This document shows positions 39,886 through 50,058 of a DNA stretch of 64,000 nt, one piece after another. Location of the stretch: assembly GCA_023396095.1 (NCBI GenBank), contig JAEWXG010000012.1, positions 253,365-317,364 of the forward strand, written 5' to 3'. Origin of the DNA: Bacillota bacterium (lineage in GTDB: Bacteria; Bacillota; Clostridia; Christensenellales; UBA3700). The notes beneath the pieces are model-generated. The model was not told where the DNA came from and searched no databases. It worked only from the letters and a program-made list of their open reading frames with translations. Within the stretch, counting starts at the first letter, position 1. Each line of letters opens with the position of its first letter. The position numbers and the translations under genes are program-made.

Positions 39886-40992
39886 TTAAATCATACTATT
39901 TAATATTTCACAAAACTTCTTTTGCATCGAAGATAAATCATATTGATTTATCCAAGAATCATCATATAATTCTCTATTATGATACACATCTACAGATAAA
40001 ATCTCTTTTCGCCAAGAGTTTATGTCGTTAAATAGAGCAATTTTTGCTCTTTCATTTGCAACATGCAACTTGCTTAGGTTATCACCTATAACTACAGGCA
40101 AATTGCACGCCTGTGCTTCAATTGCCGCTAGTCCCAACCCCTCGTGCAAAGAAGATAAACAATATATATCCATAGCAGAGAAATAATCGCTAACATTATC
40201 TTTTCTTCCTAACAATTTAACTCTCTCCTGTAAATTTAAGTTTATGATTTTTTGTTCGATTGTTATTTTATCATCTCCTTCTCCTATAAGAATTAGCTTA
40301 TAATTTAATGGCAATTTTGTTAAAACATTTAACAAAAATATATAATTCTTAATTTTACATAATGCTCCTACTGCGCCTAAAACTATATCTCCCTCTTTAG
40401 CATCTATCTCTCGTCTCATTTGTTGTCTTTTTTCTTTATTAAATTTAAATTTTTCAATATCAACAGAATTTCTGAGCAAAAAAAATCTTTTTCCTTTTAA
40501 TAATTTAGGATTTATCATTTTTTCACGTATCTCATCTACACATCCTATAAAAACGTCATTGTATTTATAATATCTTTTCTCTATATAAGGTTTCAAAACC
40601 TTAATTAACATTTTCTTAAAACGATTATAGTAATCATCTTCCAAAAATAGCCCATGGATATGTGTAATAACTTGTGCCCCAGAATTTTTAGCAGCTTTTA
40701 ATATTTTATAGTCCAATAATTCCCCTGTGTTATACCAAAAAAAATCATATTTATCTTGAAATATCCTTTTAACATCACTATAATGACCTATCAAGCTGTT
40801 AGAAATGCTTCTCAACATAATTAATTTATATCCTCTATTTTCTATTTCTTTCATATAATTCGTTTGCAAGTTATCTAATGTTATTAATGTTATTTCAAAA
40901 TCTTTAAAATATTCGCATTTTAACAAATTAAATACAACCTCGGACACACCTCCTTTTGTATGCCCTATATGATAAACCAGCAATTTTTTCAT
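39886..40992 (-). CDS. GT4-family (GT-B) glycosyltransferase
   Basis: C-terminal E-x7-E region SSLHEGLGLAAIEAQACNLPVV. 368 aa. Confidence 0.85.
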   Translation of the reverse strand: MKKLLVYHIGHTKGGVSEVVFNLLKCEYFKDFEITLITLDNLQTNYMKEIENRGYKLIMLRSISNSLIGHYSDVKRIFQDKYDFFWYNTGELLDYKILKAAKNSGAQVITHIHGLFLEDDYYNRFKKMLIKVLKPYIEKRYYKYNDVFIGCVDEIREKMINPKLLKGKRFFLLRNSVDIEKFKFNKEKRQQMRREIDAKEGDIVLGAVGALCKIKNYIFLLNVLTKLPLNYKLILIGEGDDKITIEQKIINLNLQERVKLLGRKDNVSDYFSAMDIYCLSSLHEGLGLAAIEAQACNLPVVIGDNLSKLHVANERAKIALFNDINSWRKEILSVDVYHNRELYDDSWINQYDLSSMQKKFCEILNSMI

Positions 40993-42374
40993 TTTCTCCT
41001 CCTAAAAAGTTTTTGCATATATTTAATCAAATATATTATTGTAAAAATCATTAAACAATTTTCAAAACTGCCAAATATAGAATTTCTTGGAAGCATGATT
41101 ATTATATATATAACATAATTAAACATTGGTCCCCAAAAACCAAACTGATTACTATTTTTTATTATTAATAACACTCTTCCTAATAGCATATTTATAATAA
41201 TTATTCCTGGAAAACCACACAACAAAAATGCCTCTGCTATATACGATGTCCCCATACCGTGTCCACTTAAATAGAGCTCCTTATTTGTTAAATATGAAAT
41301 AAGATTAGAAAATGGAACCCCTTCTCCAATTAATTCTGTATTTTGAGTAAAATTTTTAAAAACTGACCCTGTAAATCTATAATATAGTGGGTATAAAACA
41401 TTCTTCCACCCTGAATCTAGTTGCCCCATCTTGTCTATAGTATTTGCAATAACTGAGTCGGACCCTCCATTACTAGAAAATAATCCCAATATCTTTTTTA
41501 TAAGTCCACCAGTTAAGTCACCTGTCGTTCTATTATTTTGGGTTGCAACAAAAAGCAATAACATGAAAATTGCCCCGGAAACAACAATTAAAAAGATCCT
41601 TTTTGTTATCATCATATTTTTAACATTAAATATTGCATATGCTGATAAAAAAACAAAGAGAGCCCCAATCGCGGAACGATTCCCCAATATAATGTTGAGC
41701 CCGCCCAATGTAAAAATAATTAGAGCCGCCAAAACAAATTTTTCTTTTTTATTGTTCGTATAAGAAAATAAAACAAAAAATATTAAGATATATAATCGAT
41801 TAAATATCTTTACAAACGCGCTAACTTCTATATTGTGCAAAAAACTCCCATAATACCCAAACTGTTTATAAATTGTTATTTTTTTTAAAAAAACATAAAC
41901 AGAGCATATCAACGAAATAATAAATAACACGCGCAACAAATTGAGCATCCATTGTGAACAATTCTCTGATTCACTCTTGGACTCATTTATGTAATAGCAA
42001 TGATACCCGTAATAAATCATTATAAGAGATATTATTATCATATTTGCATACAAACAATACTGCTCTTTATCCAATAATAACTTTTGAAAAGTATTAAACT
42101 GATTGAATGGATATCCTTCTCTTAAGTACAAAATTGGCTTTTGTCCTAATAAGAAAAAATAAAATGTCAAAAAGAATATGATAATATAAATATTTTGCTT
42201 AATTCCTTGCCCGACAATTCGTGATAATATAAGAAAATAAAAAAAATAGATAGCAAAAGGCAATATGATAATTTCTTCCCCTAAAAAGTAAAAAATATCA
42301 AGCACAAATAATAAAATTAAATTCTTTATTACAAATTTTTTATTCTTATTTATTTGTTCATATCCAAAATTCAC
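40989..42374 (-). CDS. wzy: Wzy-like repeat-unit polymerase (polytopic membrane protein)
   Basis: 461 aa with more than 10 predicted TM segments and low conservation, in the expected position in a Wzx/Wzy cluster. No diagnostic motif was found. Confidence 0.55.
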   Translation of the reverse strand: MNFGYEQINKNKKFVIKNLILLFVLDIFYFLGEEIIILPFAIYFFYFLILSRIVGQGIKQNIYIIIFFLTFYFFLLGQKPILYLREGYPFNQFNTFQKLLLDKEQYCLYANMIIISLIMIYYGYHCYYINESKSESENCSQWMLNLLRVLFIISLICSVYVFLKKITIYKQFGYYGSFLHNIEVSAFVKIFNRLYILIFFVLFSYTNNKKEKFVLAALIIFTLGGLNIILGNRSAIGALFVFLSAYAIFNVKNMMITKRIFLIVVSGAIFMLLLFVATQNNRTTGDLTGGLIKKILGLFSSNGGSDSVIANTIDKMGQLDSGWKNVLYPLYYRFTGSVFKNFTQNTELIGEGVPFSNLISYLTNKELYLSGHGMGTSYIAEAFLLCGFPGIIIINMLLGRVLLIIKNSNQFGFWGPMFNYVIYIIIMLPRNSIFGSFENCLMIFTIIYLIKYMQKLFRRRK

Positions 42375-43264
42375 TATATTTTCCCTCTTAATACCAATAT
42401 CAGCAACCCTATCTTATATTTCAACGGAGTATCAATTGAAAAGATAAATTGAAATTTTTCAGATTTCGTTAAAATGCCTTTCATATCGCCCCCTTTTAAT
42501 GCTAATGCTATAACCCCTTTCATATAGTGTATACTAGCAATTTTTTTGTTCTCACTTTTCTCATCTAAAATAAAATACTTTCTTATTTCCAACTCTTTTT
42601 TGTTTTTTTCAATGCTTTTTAAATTAGATAAACTAGTACTTGATTCGTGTTGAAAGTATAAATATAATTTATTTTTAAGAAATTTTATTTTTTCCACCTT
42701 TTTAAAAATCTCATAATTAAATTTCTGATCTTCGGCATTTATGCAATCTGTTGGAAATAACGTATCTCCTATAATTTTCTTAGAATAAACATATCTACAA
42801 GTGCTATATAAATTATTGTTTTTAAATTTCCACTTCTGCAATGAATCATTATTTATATTTTGAGAATTAATTTTTTTTATGTATGAACTAGGTTTAAATT
42901 TATCATTCACTTCGTCATATAAAAATCCAAGCACATCAATATCATAAGAAAGATTTTTTACAATTATTTCGAAATAATTGTCATACAAGGCATCATCTGC
43001 ATCCAAAAACGAAATATATTCCCCAGTAGCCAAATTAATACCTACATTACGGGCTTCTGAAGGCCCCTTATTTTCCTGACTAAAAATTTTATACTTATTA
43101 TTTTTTTTTGTATATTCTTGCGCTATACTCAAAGTCTTATCTGTTGATCCATCATTTATTAAAATAATTTCCAAATTTTTATATGTTTGATTATTTATAG
43201 AAATAAGGCATCTCTCTAAGTATTTTTCAACGTTATACATAGGAATTATTATACTAATCTTCAT
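42374..43264 (-). CDS. GT2-family glycosyltransferase
   Basis: ISIIIPMYNVEKYLERCLISINNQTYKNLEIILINDGSTD and FLDADD. Confidence 0.88.
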   Translation of the reverse strand: MKISIIIPMYNVEKYLERCLISINNQTYKNLEIILINDGSTDKTLSIAQEYTKKNNKYKIFSQENKGPSEARNVGINLATGEYISFLDADDALYDNYFEIIVKNLSYDIDVLGFLYDEVNDKFKPSSYIKKINSQNINNDSLQKWKFKNNNLYSTCRYVYSKKIIGDTLFPTDCINAEDQKFNYEIFKKVEKIKFLKNKLYLYFQHESSTSLSNLKSIEKNKKELEIRKYFILDEKSENKKIASIHYMKGVIALALKGGDMKGILTKSEKFQFIFSIDTPLKYKIGLLILVLRGKI

Positions 43265-44297
43265 TTTGTCCCCTTATGAAAAAACCATAAAAACTGCCAA
43301 TCCCATAACAGATATGCATTAACGGAAAAATAAAAAATACCAATGCCATACTAAATTTTTTTTCATTTATGATACTTTTCAAAGTAATTACAGCATCCAA
43401 AAATCCATATAATACAAATATTAAAAATAAGGGAATTAAAGCAATCAAAAAAAGTGGGTTTTTCCACATCAAACTAAGTCCCATAACCCCGAGTGCGATT
43501 GAAGCACATAGCGACAAAAAAAACAAAAGTGGGATAAAGTGATATAATGAGAACATTTTAATATTAGATTTTGCAGCAATCGTAATCCATTTCCCATTGT
43601 TGAATTTTTGTTTTAACATTCCTTTTATGTCATCTCTCACAAAATAAAAACTTTTAACATCAGAAAACATTATGATTTTGAATCCATTACTTCTTATTCT
43701 AAACGAATAATCATTGTCTTCTGCTCTTAAATATTTTTCATTATATACGCCTATTGTTTCATAAACTTGACGTGTTAATATTAACTGATTTGTAGTATCA
43801 ACCTCTAATGGCACACTTATCTCTGTCTTTTTGTGAGCCCCCACACTGCTACCAAAAACTGCATTTTCAGCATCTAATATTAGCCTACTTTTTAATGTCT
43901 GATTTAGAGAAACCCTTTCACAAATTGATCCTACAATACTATATCCTTCCTCAACATGCCTAATAGCATTTTCAACAAAATCTTTTGTCAAAAATGAATG
44001 TGCATCAACGTGAAAAAATATGTCCCCTTTTGCAGCTTTCATCCCAAGATTTCTCCCCGCTGCTTGTATTTTTTTATCATTCTGCAATATTTGGATATCC
44101 ATGTACTCTTTAATATTGTTTTTCTTAAATTGAAAAAATTTTTCTTGCGTTAAATCTGTTGACCCTCCATCAACAAAAACAATTTCTGTTAATTTTTTTG
44201 CATATGATTGTTGCTTAATACTCTCTAACAATTTATCTAAATATTTTTCTTCATTTAATGCAATTACTATAATGCTCGCAATTTTGTCTCTTCCCAT
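43254..44297 (-). CDS. GT2-family glycosyltransferase with C-terminal TM helices
   Basis: ASIIVIALNEEKYLDKLLESIKQQSY...VFVDGGSTD, HVDAHS and AEDNDY. Three to four C-terminal hydrophobic helices. Confidence 0.85.
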   Translation of the reverse strand: MGRDKIASIIVIALNEEKYLDKLLESIKQQSYAKKLTEIVFVDGGSTDLTQEKFFQFKKNNIKEYMDIQILQNDKKIQAAGRNLGMKAAKGDIFFHVDAHSFLTKDFVENAIRHVEEGYSIVGSICERVSLNQTLKSRLILDAENAVFGSSVGAHKKTEISVPLEVDTTNQLILTRQVYETIGVYNEKYLRAEDNDYSFRIRSNGFKIIMFSDVKSFYFVRDDIKGMLKQKFNNGKWITIAAKSNIKMFSLYHFIPLLFFLSLCASIALGVMGLSLMWKNPLFLIALIPLFLIFVLYGFLDAVITLKSIINEKKFSMALVFFIFPLMHICYGIGSFYGFFIRGQNED

Positions 44298-44942
44298 CTA
44301 TTTCTTCCCTTTTATTTTTAGCACTGTGCATAAAATTATTTTAACATCCATACCTATTGTAAAATTTTCAATATACTCTAGCCCATAATTTATTTTGATG
44401 GGCATAATATCTGTAATGTATTTATCCCTAGGATTATCAGTTTTACTCAAAATTTCATTTTCATCTCGAAATTTTATTGACGCAATTTCAGTTATCCCTG
44501 GCTTAACTAATAGCACATTTTTTTGCTCTTCGTTATACAAATCAACATACTCTCTTACTTCTGGACGCGGGCCAACAAAACTCATATTTCCGATTAAAAC
44601 ATTAAATAACTGTGGCAACTCATCAATTTTAGTTTTTCTTAACATCTTTCCTGCTTTTGTTATTCTTGCGTCCTCTGAAGTAGAAATTTGCAGCCCTTTT
44701 CGATCGGCATCTTTTACCATAGTCCTAAATTTATATATTTTAAAATCCATATTGTTTTTTCCAACTCTTACTTGTTTATAAATGCCACCACCCTTGCTAG
44801 TACAAGCAACTAATAGATATACAATAATGAATAATGGTAATAGTAGAAGAATCCCAAAGAACGAAAATAGAATATCAAAACATCTTTTACAAAATAAGGT
44901 AAATTTTTTCTTCTTTAATATTTCTTTATACTTGTTTTCCAT
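44298..44942 (-). CDS. small monotopic undecaprenyl-phosphate sugar-phosphate transferase (PglC/WcfS-like initiating enzyme)
   Basis: YKFRTMVKDAD and KIDELPQLFNVLIGNMSFVGPRPE. 214 aa with a single N-terminal hydrophobic hairpin. Confidence 0.88.
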   Translation of the reverse strand: MENKYKEILKKKKFTLFCKRCFDILFSFFGILLLLPLFIIVYLLVACTSKGGGIYKQVRVGKNNMDFKIYKFRTMVKDADRKGLQISTSEDARITKAGKMLRKTKIDELPQLFNVLIGNMSFVGPRPEVREYVDLYNEEQKNVLLVKPGITEIASIKFRDENEILSKTDNPRDKYITDIMPIKINYGLEYIENFTIGMDVKIILCTVLKIKGKK

Positions 44943-46131
44943 TTATTATTTCTCCAACTTTTTCGATTATATATGAAATTTCATTATCTTTTAATAATGT
45001 GTGCAATGGCAATGTAATCTCATTTTTATATTGTTGATATGCATTTGGATAATTTTTTATATCAAATCCCAACTCTTTATAAGCAGTATGCATTGGTAAT
45101 GGCTTATAATGAACATTAGTAGCTATTCCTCTTTGTGCCAATTTTTCAACGACTCTATTACGACTTTCCTCGCTATCAATATTATAAAAACGTGTTAAAT
45201 ATAGGTGCCCACTTGATACAGCATAACTTGTTTTGTGTCGCAATAAATCTGCATGTTCAATAAATGCTTGATCATACTTTCCTATTATTTCATGCCTTCT
45301 TCTCAACATATTCTCATATCGTTCCAATTGTGCCAGTCCTAATGATGCCAATATATCTGTCATGTTGCATTTATATCCCAAAAGTTTAATGTCGTATTCC
45401 CAAGCTCCAATTTTTGTTTTTGCTAAAGCATCTTTACTTTGTCCATGCAAAGACCATAACATAAAATCAGAATATAACCACTCACTAATATCATTAAATT
45501 TATGATTCCATACAACTGCTCCGCCCTCTGCTGTTGTTAAATTTTTTACTGCATGAAAACTAAATGATGTAAAGTCAGCATGTAATCCACTCTTTATTCC
45601 ATTTTTCATCGCTCCAAAACTATGTGCAGCATCAGCAATTATAAAAATTTGCCCATTTTTCTTTTGCAAATCATTACTAGGCTTAAATATACTTTTTTTG
45701 TCATCAACAATCTTATAAATTCTCTCATAGTTACATATAATTCCTGCAATGTCTACTGCTATGATTGCTTTTGTTTTATTGGTAACTAATTTTGCAAGTT
45801 GATCATAATCCATCTCATAAGAATTTTGCGCTGTATCACAAAGTACTATTTGTGCTCCTACATGACAAATAACGCTAGCACTAGCCGTATAAGTATATGC
45901 GGAAGTTATAACTTCATCCCCAGGACCTACTCCTAAAATTCTCAAGATTAATTCCAACCCCGCTGTTGCAGAGTTCAAGGCCACTGCTTTATTACAACCA
46001 ACATACTCTGCAATTTTCCTTTCAAACTCTTTCGTTTTTGGCCCAGTCGTAATCCACCCCGATTTTAATGCATCAACAACTAACCCTACTTCCTTTTCTG
46101 TAATATCAGGTGGTGAAAACTTTATATTCAT
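44926..46131 (-). CDS. DegT/DnrJ/EryC1-family sugar aminotransferase (nucleotide-4-keto-6-deoxyhexose aminotransferase type)
   Basis: ALNSATAGLELILR and the PLP lysine context FSFHAVKNLTTAEGGAV. 401 aa. Confidence 0.88.
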   Translation of the reverse strand: MNIKFSPPDITEKEVGLVVDALKSGWITTGPKTKEFERKIAEYVGCNKAVALNSATAGLELILRILGVGPGDEVITSAYTYTASASVICHVGAQIVLCDTAQNSYEMDYDQLAKLVTNKTKAIIAVDIAGIICNYERIYKIVDDKKSIFKPSNDLQKKNGQIFIIADAAHSFGAMKNGIKSGLHADFTSFSFHAVKNLTTAEGGAVVWNHKFNDISEWLYSDFMLWSLHGQSKDALAKTKIGAWEYDIKLLGYKCNMTDILASLGLAQLERYENMLRRRHEIIGKYDQAFIEHADLLRHKTSYAVSSGHLYLTRFYNIDSEESRNRVVEKLAQRGIATNVHYKPLPMHTAYKELGFDIKNYPNAYQQYKNEITLPLHTLLKDNEISYIIEKVGEIINGKQV

Positions 46132-46144
46132 TTTTTCTCCTATT

Positions 46145-47923
46145 CTATTCCAATACTGCCTTTATTCTTCTTACGCCTGCCGAACTACTTTGTTCTTTAA
46201 CTATTTTAAATTTTCCAAGTTCTCCAGTCTTTTGTGCGTGTGGTCCCCCACAAATTTCTTTGGAATATCCGTCTACTGTATAAACCTTTACTTTTTCTTC
46301 ATATTTATTATCAAATATTCCAAGAGCTCCACTTTCCCTTGCTTCATCAAGAGACATTTCTTTGCATGTTACTGGAATATCTTTGCTTATCACTTCATTC
46401 ACATAATCCTCCACTTGCAATATTTCCTCTTTACTCATTGGATGGTCTAAATTAAAATCAAATCTTAACCTTTCTTCAGTAATGTTGCTTCCTTTTTGAA
46501 AAATATGATCTCCATAAATTTTTCTTAAGGCTGCCAACATTAAATGTGTTGCCGTATGTAATCTTGCTGTGAGCTCACTGCTATTTGCCAATCCCCCCTT
46601 AAATTTTTGCTCAGAACCTTGTTGTGACTTTTTCTTGTGTTCTTCAAATGCTAGATTAAACCCTTCAATATCTACATTATAACCTTTCTCTTTAGCAATC
46701 TCTATTGTCATCTCGAGAGGGAATCCATAAGTATCATATAATCTAAAAACTGTTTTCCCATTAAGCACATTGCCTTCTATATATTTCAAGACTTTATCAA
46801 TTTCTTTTAATCCGTTCTCGATTGTATTTTCAAATTTCTCTATTTCTGCCCCCATTGAACTTATAACAATATTTTCATTTGTTTTTAATTCAGGATAGAT
46901 ATCAGCATATTGATTAATAAAAATTCTTGAGATTTCAAGCAAATTTTTCACATCTATTTTTAAAATCCTTGCAAATCTAACTGCTCTTCGTATTAACCTT
47001 CTTATAACATAGCCTTGATCCATATTGGAAGGCATAATACCATTCTCATCTCCCATAATAAATGTGGCAGTTCTAATATGATCAGCAATAATTCTTGTCG
47101 CTCTTGTCATCTCTTCATCTTCACCATATTTTATGTTTGCAAGTGATGAAATTTTTAAAATTACATCCCTAAATAAATCAGTTTCATAAACAGATTCAAC
47201 TCCTTGTAAAATACATAGTGTTCTTTCAAGTCCCATGCCAGTATCTACATTTTTTTGCTTTAAATTAGTATATTTACCATTCTCATCTCTAAAAAATTCC
47301 ATGAAGACGTTGTTCCAAATTTCAATATATTTTCCGGCATCAGATGCTGGTGTGTCATCATCCTTATTAACTTGCTTGTCTGTCACAAAAAAAATTTCTG
47401 TGTCCGGTCCACAAGGCCCTTGTTGACCAGCCCACCACCAATTATTTTCTTTAGGTAAGTAAAAAATTTGATTAGTTTCAAGTCCATTTTCGACCCAAAA
47501 TTTAGCAGACTCTGTATCTTTTGGCGCATCCTCATCACCCGCAAAAACAGTAACGGCAATTTGTCTCTTCTCAATTCCTAAAACTTTTGTTAAAAATTCA
47601 TAAGAAAATGCAATTGACTCTTTTTTAAAATAATCTCCTAATGACCAGTTTCCCAACATTTCAAAAAATGTGCAGTGCGTTGCATCTCCAACAGAATCAA
47701 TATCTCCTGTTCTCACACATTTTTGCACGTCACAAAGCCTTTTCCCAGCTGGATGTTGCTCCCCCAACAAATATGGGACAAGCGGATGCATACCTGCTGT
47801 TGTAAACAATACAGATGGATCGTTTTCTGGGATTAAAGAAGCCGATTTAATAATAGTATGACCTTTTTCTTCAAAAAACTTTAAAAATTTATTTCTCAAT
47901 TCTCTCGATGTCAATTTGTTCAT
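46145..47923 (-). CDS. alaS: alanine--tRNA ligase, short form lacking the C-Ala domain
   Basis: FTTAGMHPLVPY, THCTFFEMLGNWSLGDYFK and DTGMGLERT. Editing-domain motifs are HTATHLMLAALRK and EICGGPHAQKTGELG. The protein ends at 592 aa, right after the editing domain. Confidence 0.85.
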   Translation of the reverse strand: MNKLTSRELRNKFLKFFEEKGHTIIKSASLIPENDPSVLFTTAGMHPLVPYLLGEQHPAGKRLCDVQKCVRTGDIDSVGDATHCTFFEMLGNWSLGDYFKKESIAFSYEFLTKVLGIEKRQIAVTVFAGDEDAPKDTESAKFWVENGLETNQIFYLPKENNWWWAGQQGPCGPDTEIFFVTDKQVNKDDDTPASDAGKYIEIWNNVFMEFFRDENGKYTNLKQKNVDTGMGLERTLCILQGVESVYETDLFRDVILKISSLANIKYGEDEEMTRATRIIADHIRTATFIMGDENGIMPSNMDQGYVIRRLIRRAVRFARILKIDVKNLLEISRIFINQYADIYPELKTNENIVISSMGAEIEKFENTIENGLKEIDKVLKYIEGNVLNGKTVFRLYDTYGFPLEMTIEIAKEKGYNVDIEGFNLAFEEHKKKSQQGSEQKFKGGLANSSELTARLHTATHLMLAALRKIYGDHIFQKGSNITEERLRFDFNLDHPMSKEEILQVEDYVNEVISKDIPVTCKEMSLDEARESGALGIFDNKYEEKVKVYTVDGYSKEICGGPHAQKTGELGKFKIVKEQSSSAGVRRIKAVLE

Positions 47924-47925
47924 TT

Positions 47926-50058
47926 TTAATCCTCACAATACAACAAATCTGCATATGTAGGAATAGGCCACTTGTTAACTGGCATTTCCTTTTCAATGGA
48001 ATCCACAAGATCCCTCAAATCATCCATCCCCTTAACTAATATTTTGCGACATTTTGCAGCTTTAGAGTGTAAATTTTTTTCTTTCATAATAGTCTCTATA
48101 TTCTTTTCAAATGTGTCCGAAAGATTGGTTACATCAAAAGAAAGTGTGTTAATTTGCTTAATTTGATTAACCATATTAATATTAACAACCCCAATAGCCT
48201 CTCTTATTCTAGATACGTCTTTTGAAAGTTCCCCTATATAAGAATATACTGCTGGTAAAATCTGATTATTAATTATAAAGACCATTGTTTTTGCTTCTAA
48301 TAAGATTGTATTAGCATAGTTCTCTAAATAGATTTCACGTCTACTAGATAACTCTTTTCTATTCATAACTTTATGCTTCTCAAACAATGCAATATTTTTT
48401 TCTTTCAATAAAACATCATATGCTTCGACGCAACTATTAATTATTGGCAGCCCACGTTTCTTCGCCTCTTTTGCCCATTCAGTGGAATAATTATTTCCCT
48501 TGAAAATAATTCTTTTATGTTCTTTGTAATACTTCTTAACAATAGTATAAACAGCTTTCTTTAGGTCTATACCTTTATCTAAATTTTCTTTTAATTCAAT
48601 TGCTATTTTTTCCACATATTCTGCTGTAATTGTATTTAATGTTGTATTAGGATTTGCAAGCGTTGCAGACGATCCAACCATTCTAAATTCAAATTTGTTA
48701 CCAGTAAAAGCAAATGGAGAGGTTCTATTTCTATCACTATTATCTTTCGATAATTCTGCCAAATAATTAACTCCCGTATTAATATATTTCTTTTCAACAG
48801 AGGCAACTGTTTGCCCTTCTTCAATTGCGTTCAATATAGATTCCAAATCATCACCAATAAAAATTGAAATAATGCTTGGGGGAGCCTCAGACCCTCCCAG
48901 TCTTCTTTCATTCCCAACATTTGCTGCACTCATTCGCACTAAATCAGCATACTCATCAACAGCCGATATAACGGCAATAATCATAAGTAAAAATGGCAAG
49001 TTTTCCAAAGGAGTTTTTCCTGGTTTAAACAAATTAATTCCAGTATCAGTATTTATTGACCAGTTATTATGTTTCCCACTCCCATTCATGTGTGCAAAAG
49101 GTTTTTCGTGAAGCAAACATGTCAAACCATTTTCATTAGCCACTTTTTTCATTGACTCCATGATTAATTGGTTTTGATCAGTTGCGATATTTACTTTTGA
49201 AAAAATAGGAACTAGTTCATGCTGACTTGGTGCAACTTCGTTGTGTTGCGTTTTAGCAGTAATACCTAGCTCCCACAACTCTTTATTTAATCCAGACATA
49301 AAATCGGACACTCTTTTTCTAATATTGCCATAGTACTGATTAAATGCTTCTTGCGATTTTGGTGGCATTACCCCAAATAATGTTCTACCACAATACTTCA
49401 AGTCATATCTCTTTTGATATTTATCTGTTGGGACAAGAAAATATTCTTGCTCTGCCCCTACATATGAATGTACTCTTTTTGCATCAACACCCAATAAAGG
49501 CAACAATTTCAAACATGCTCTATTTAAAGCTTCCATCGATCTCAATAAAGGTGTTTTCTTATCTAAGGCTTCTCCATTATATGAACAAAATGCAGTTGGA
49601 ATATATAAAATTGGATTTGCACTTCCTCCATTCCCTTTTATGAATGCCGGCGATGAGCAATCCCACAAAGTATATCCTCTTGCCTCAAAAGTTGCTCTTA
49701 TTCCACCTGTTGGAAAGCTAGATGCATCAGTCTCACCTTTAGAAAGATTTTTACCTGTAAATTCAAGCGTTGAATTCCCCTCTTTATCTATAGAAATAAA
49801 TGCCTCATGTTTTTCTGCTGTTTCCCCTGTTAATGGCTGAAACCAATGCGTGTAATGTGTTACTCCATTACTTAATGCCCAATCCTTTAAAGCTACTGCA
49901 ACCACGTTAGCCAACTCAATGTTAAGTGGTTTATCATGTTCGATAACTTCTTGCAATTCTTCATAAGCCTCTTTAGGCAAATATTTTTTCATGTTTTCAT
50001 TACTAAACAAATTTTTACCAAAAATTTCTGTAATTACATTCTTTGTTTCTCTACTCAT
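47926..50058 (-). CDS. glnN: type III glutamine synthetase
   Basis: 710 aa (GSIII size class), with QHNEVAPSQHELVPIF and HEKPFAHMNGSGKHNNWS. Confidence 0.85.
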   Translation of the reverse strand: MSRETKNVITEIFGKNLFSNENMKKYLPKEAYEELQEVIEHDKPLNIELANVVAVALKDWALSNGVTHYTHWFQPLTGETAEKHEAFISIDKEGNSTLEFTGKNLSKGETDASSFPTGGIRATFEARGYTLWDCSSPAFIKGNGGSANPILYIPTAFCSYNGEALDKKTPLLRSMEALNRACLKLLPLLGVDAKRVHSYVGAEQEYFLVPTDKYQKRYDLKYCGRTLFGVMPPKSQEAFNQYYGNIRKRVSDFMSGLNKELWELGITAKTQHNEVAPSQHELVPIFSKVNIATDQNQLIMESMKKVANENGLTCLLHEKPFAHMNGSGKHNNWSINTDTGINLFKPGKTPLENLPFLLMIIAVISAVDEYADLVRMSAANVGNERRLGGSEAPPSIISIFIGDDLESILNAIEEGQTVASVEKKYINTGVNYLAELSKDNSDRNRTSPFAFTGNKFEFRMVGSSATLANPNTTLNTITAEYVEKIAIELKENLDKGIDLKKAVYTIVKKYYKEHKRIIFKGNNYSTEWAKEAKKRGLPIINSCVEAYDVLLKEKNIALFEKHKVMNRKELSSRREIYLENYANTILLEAKTMVFIINNQILPAVYSYIGELSKDVSRIREAIGVVNINMVNQIKQINTLSFDVTNLSDTFEKNIETIMKEKNLHSKAAKCRKILVKGMDDLRDLVDSIEKEMPVNKWPIPTYADLLYCED

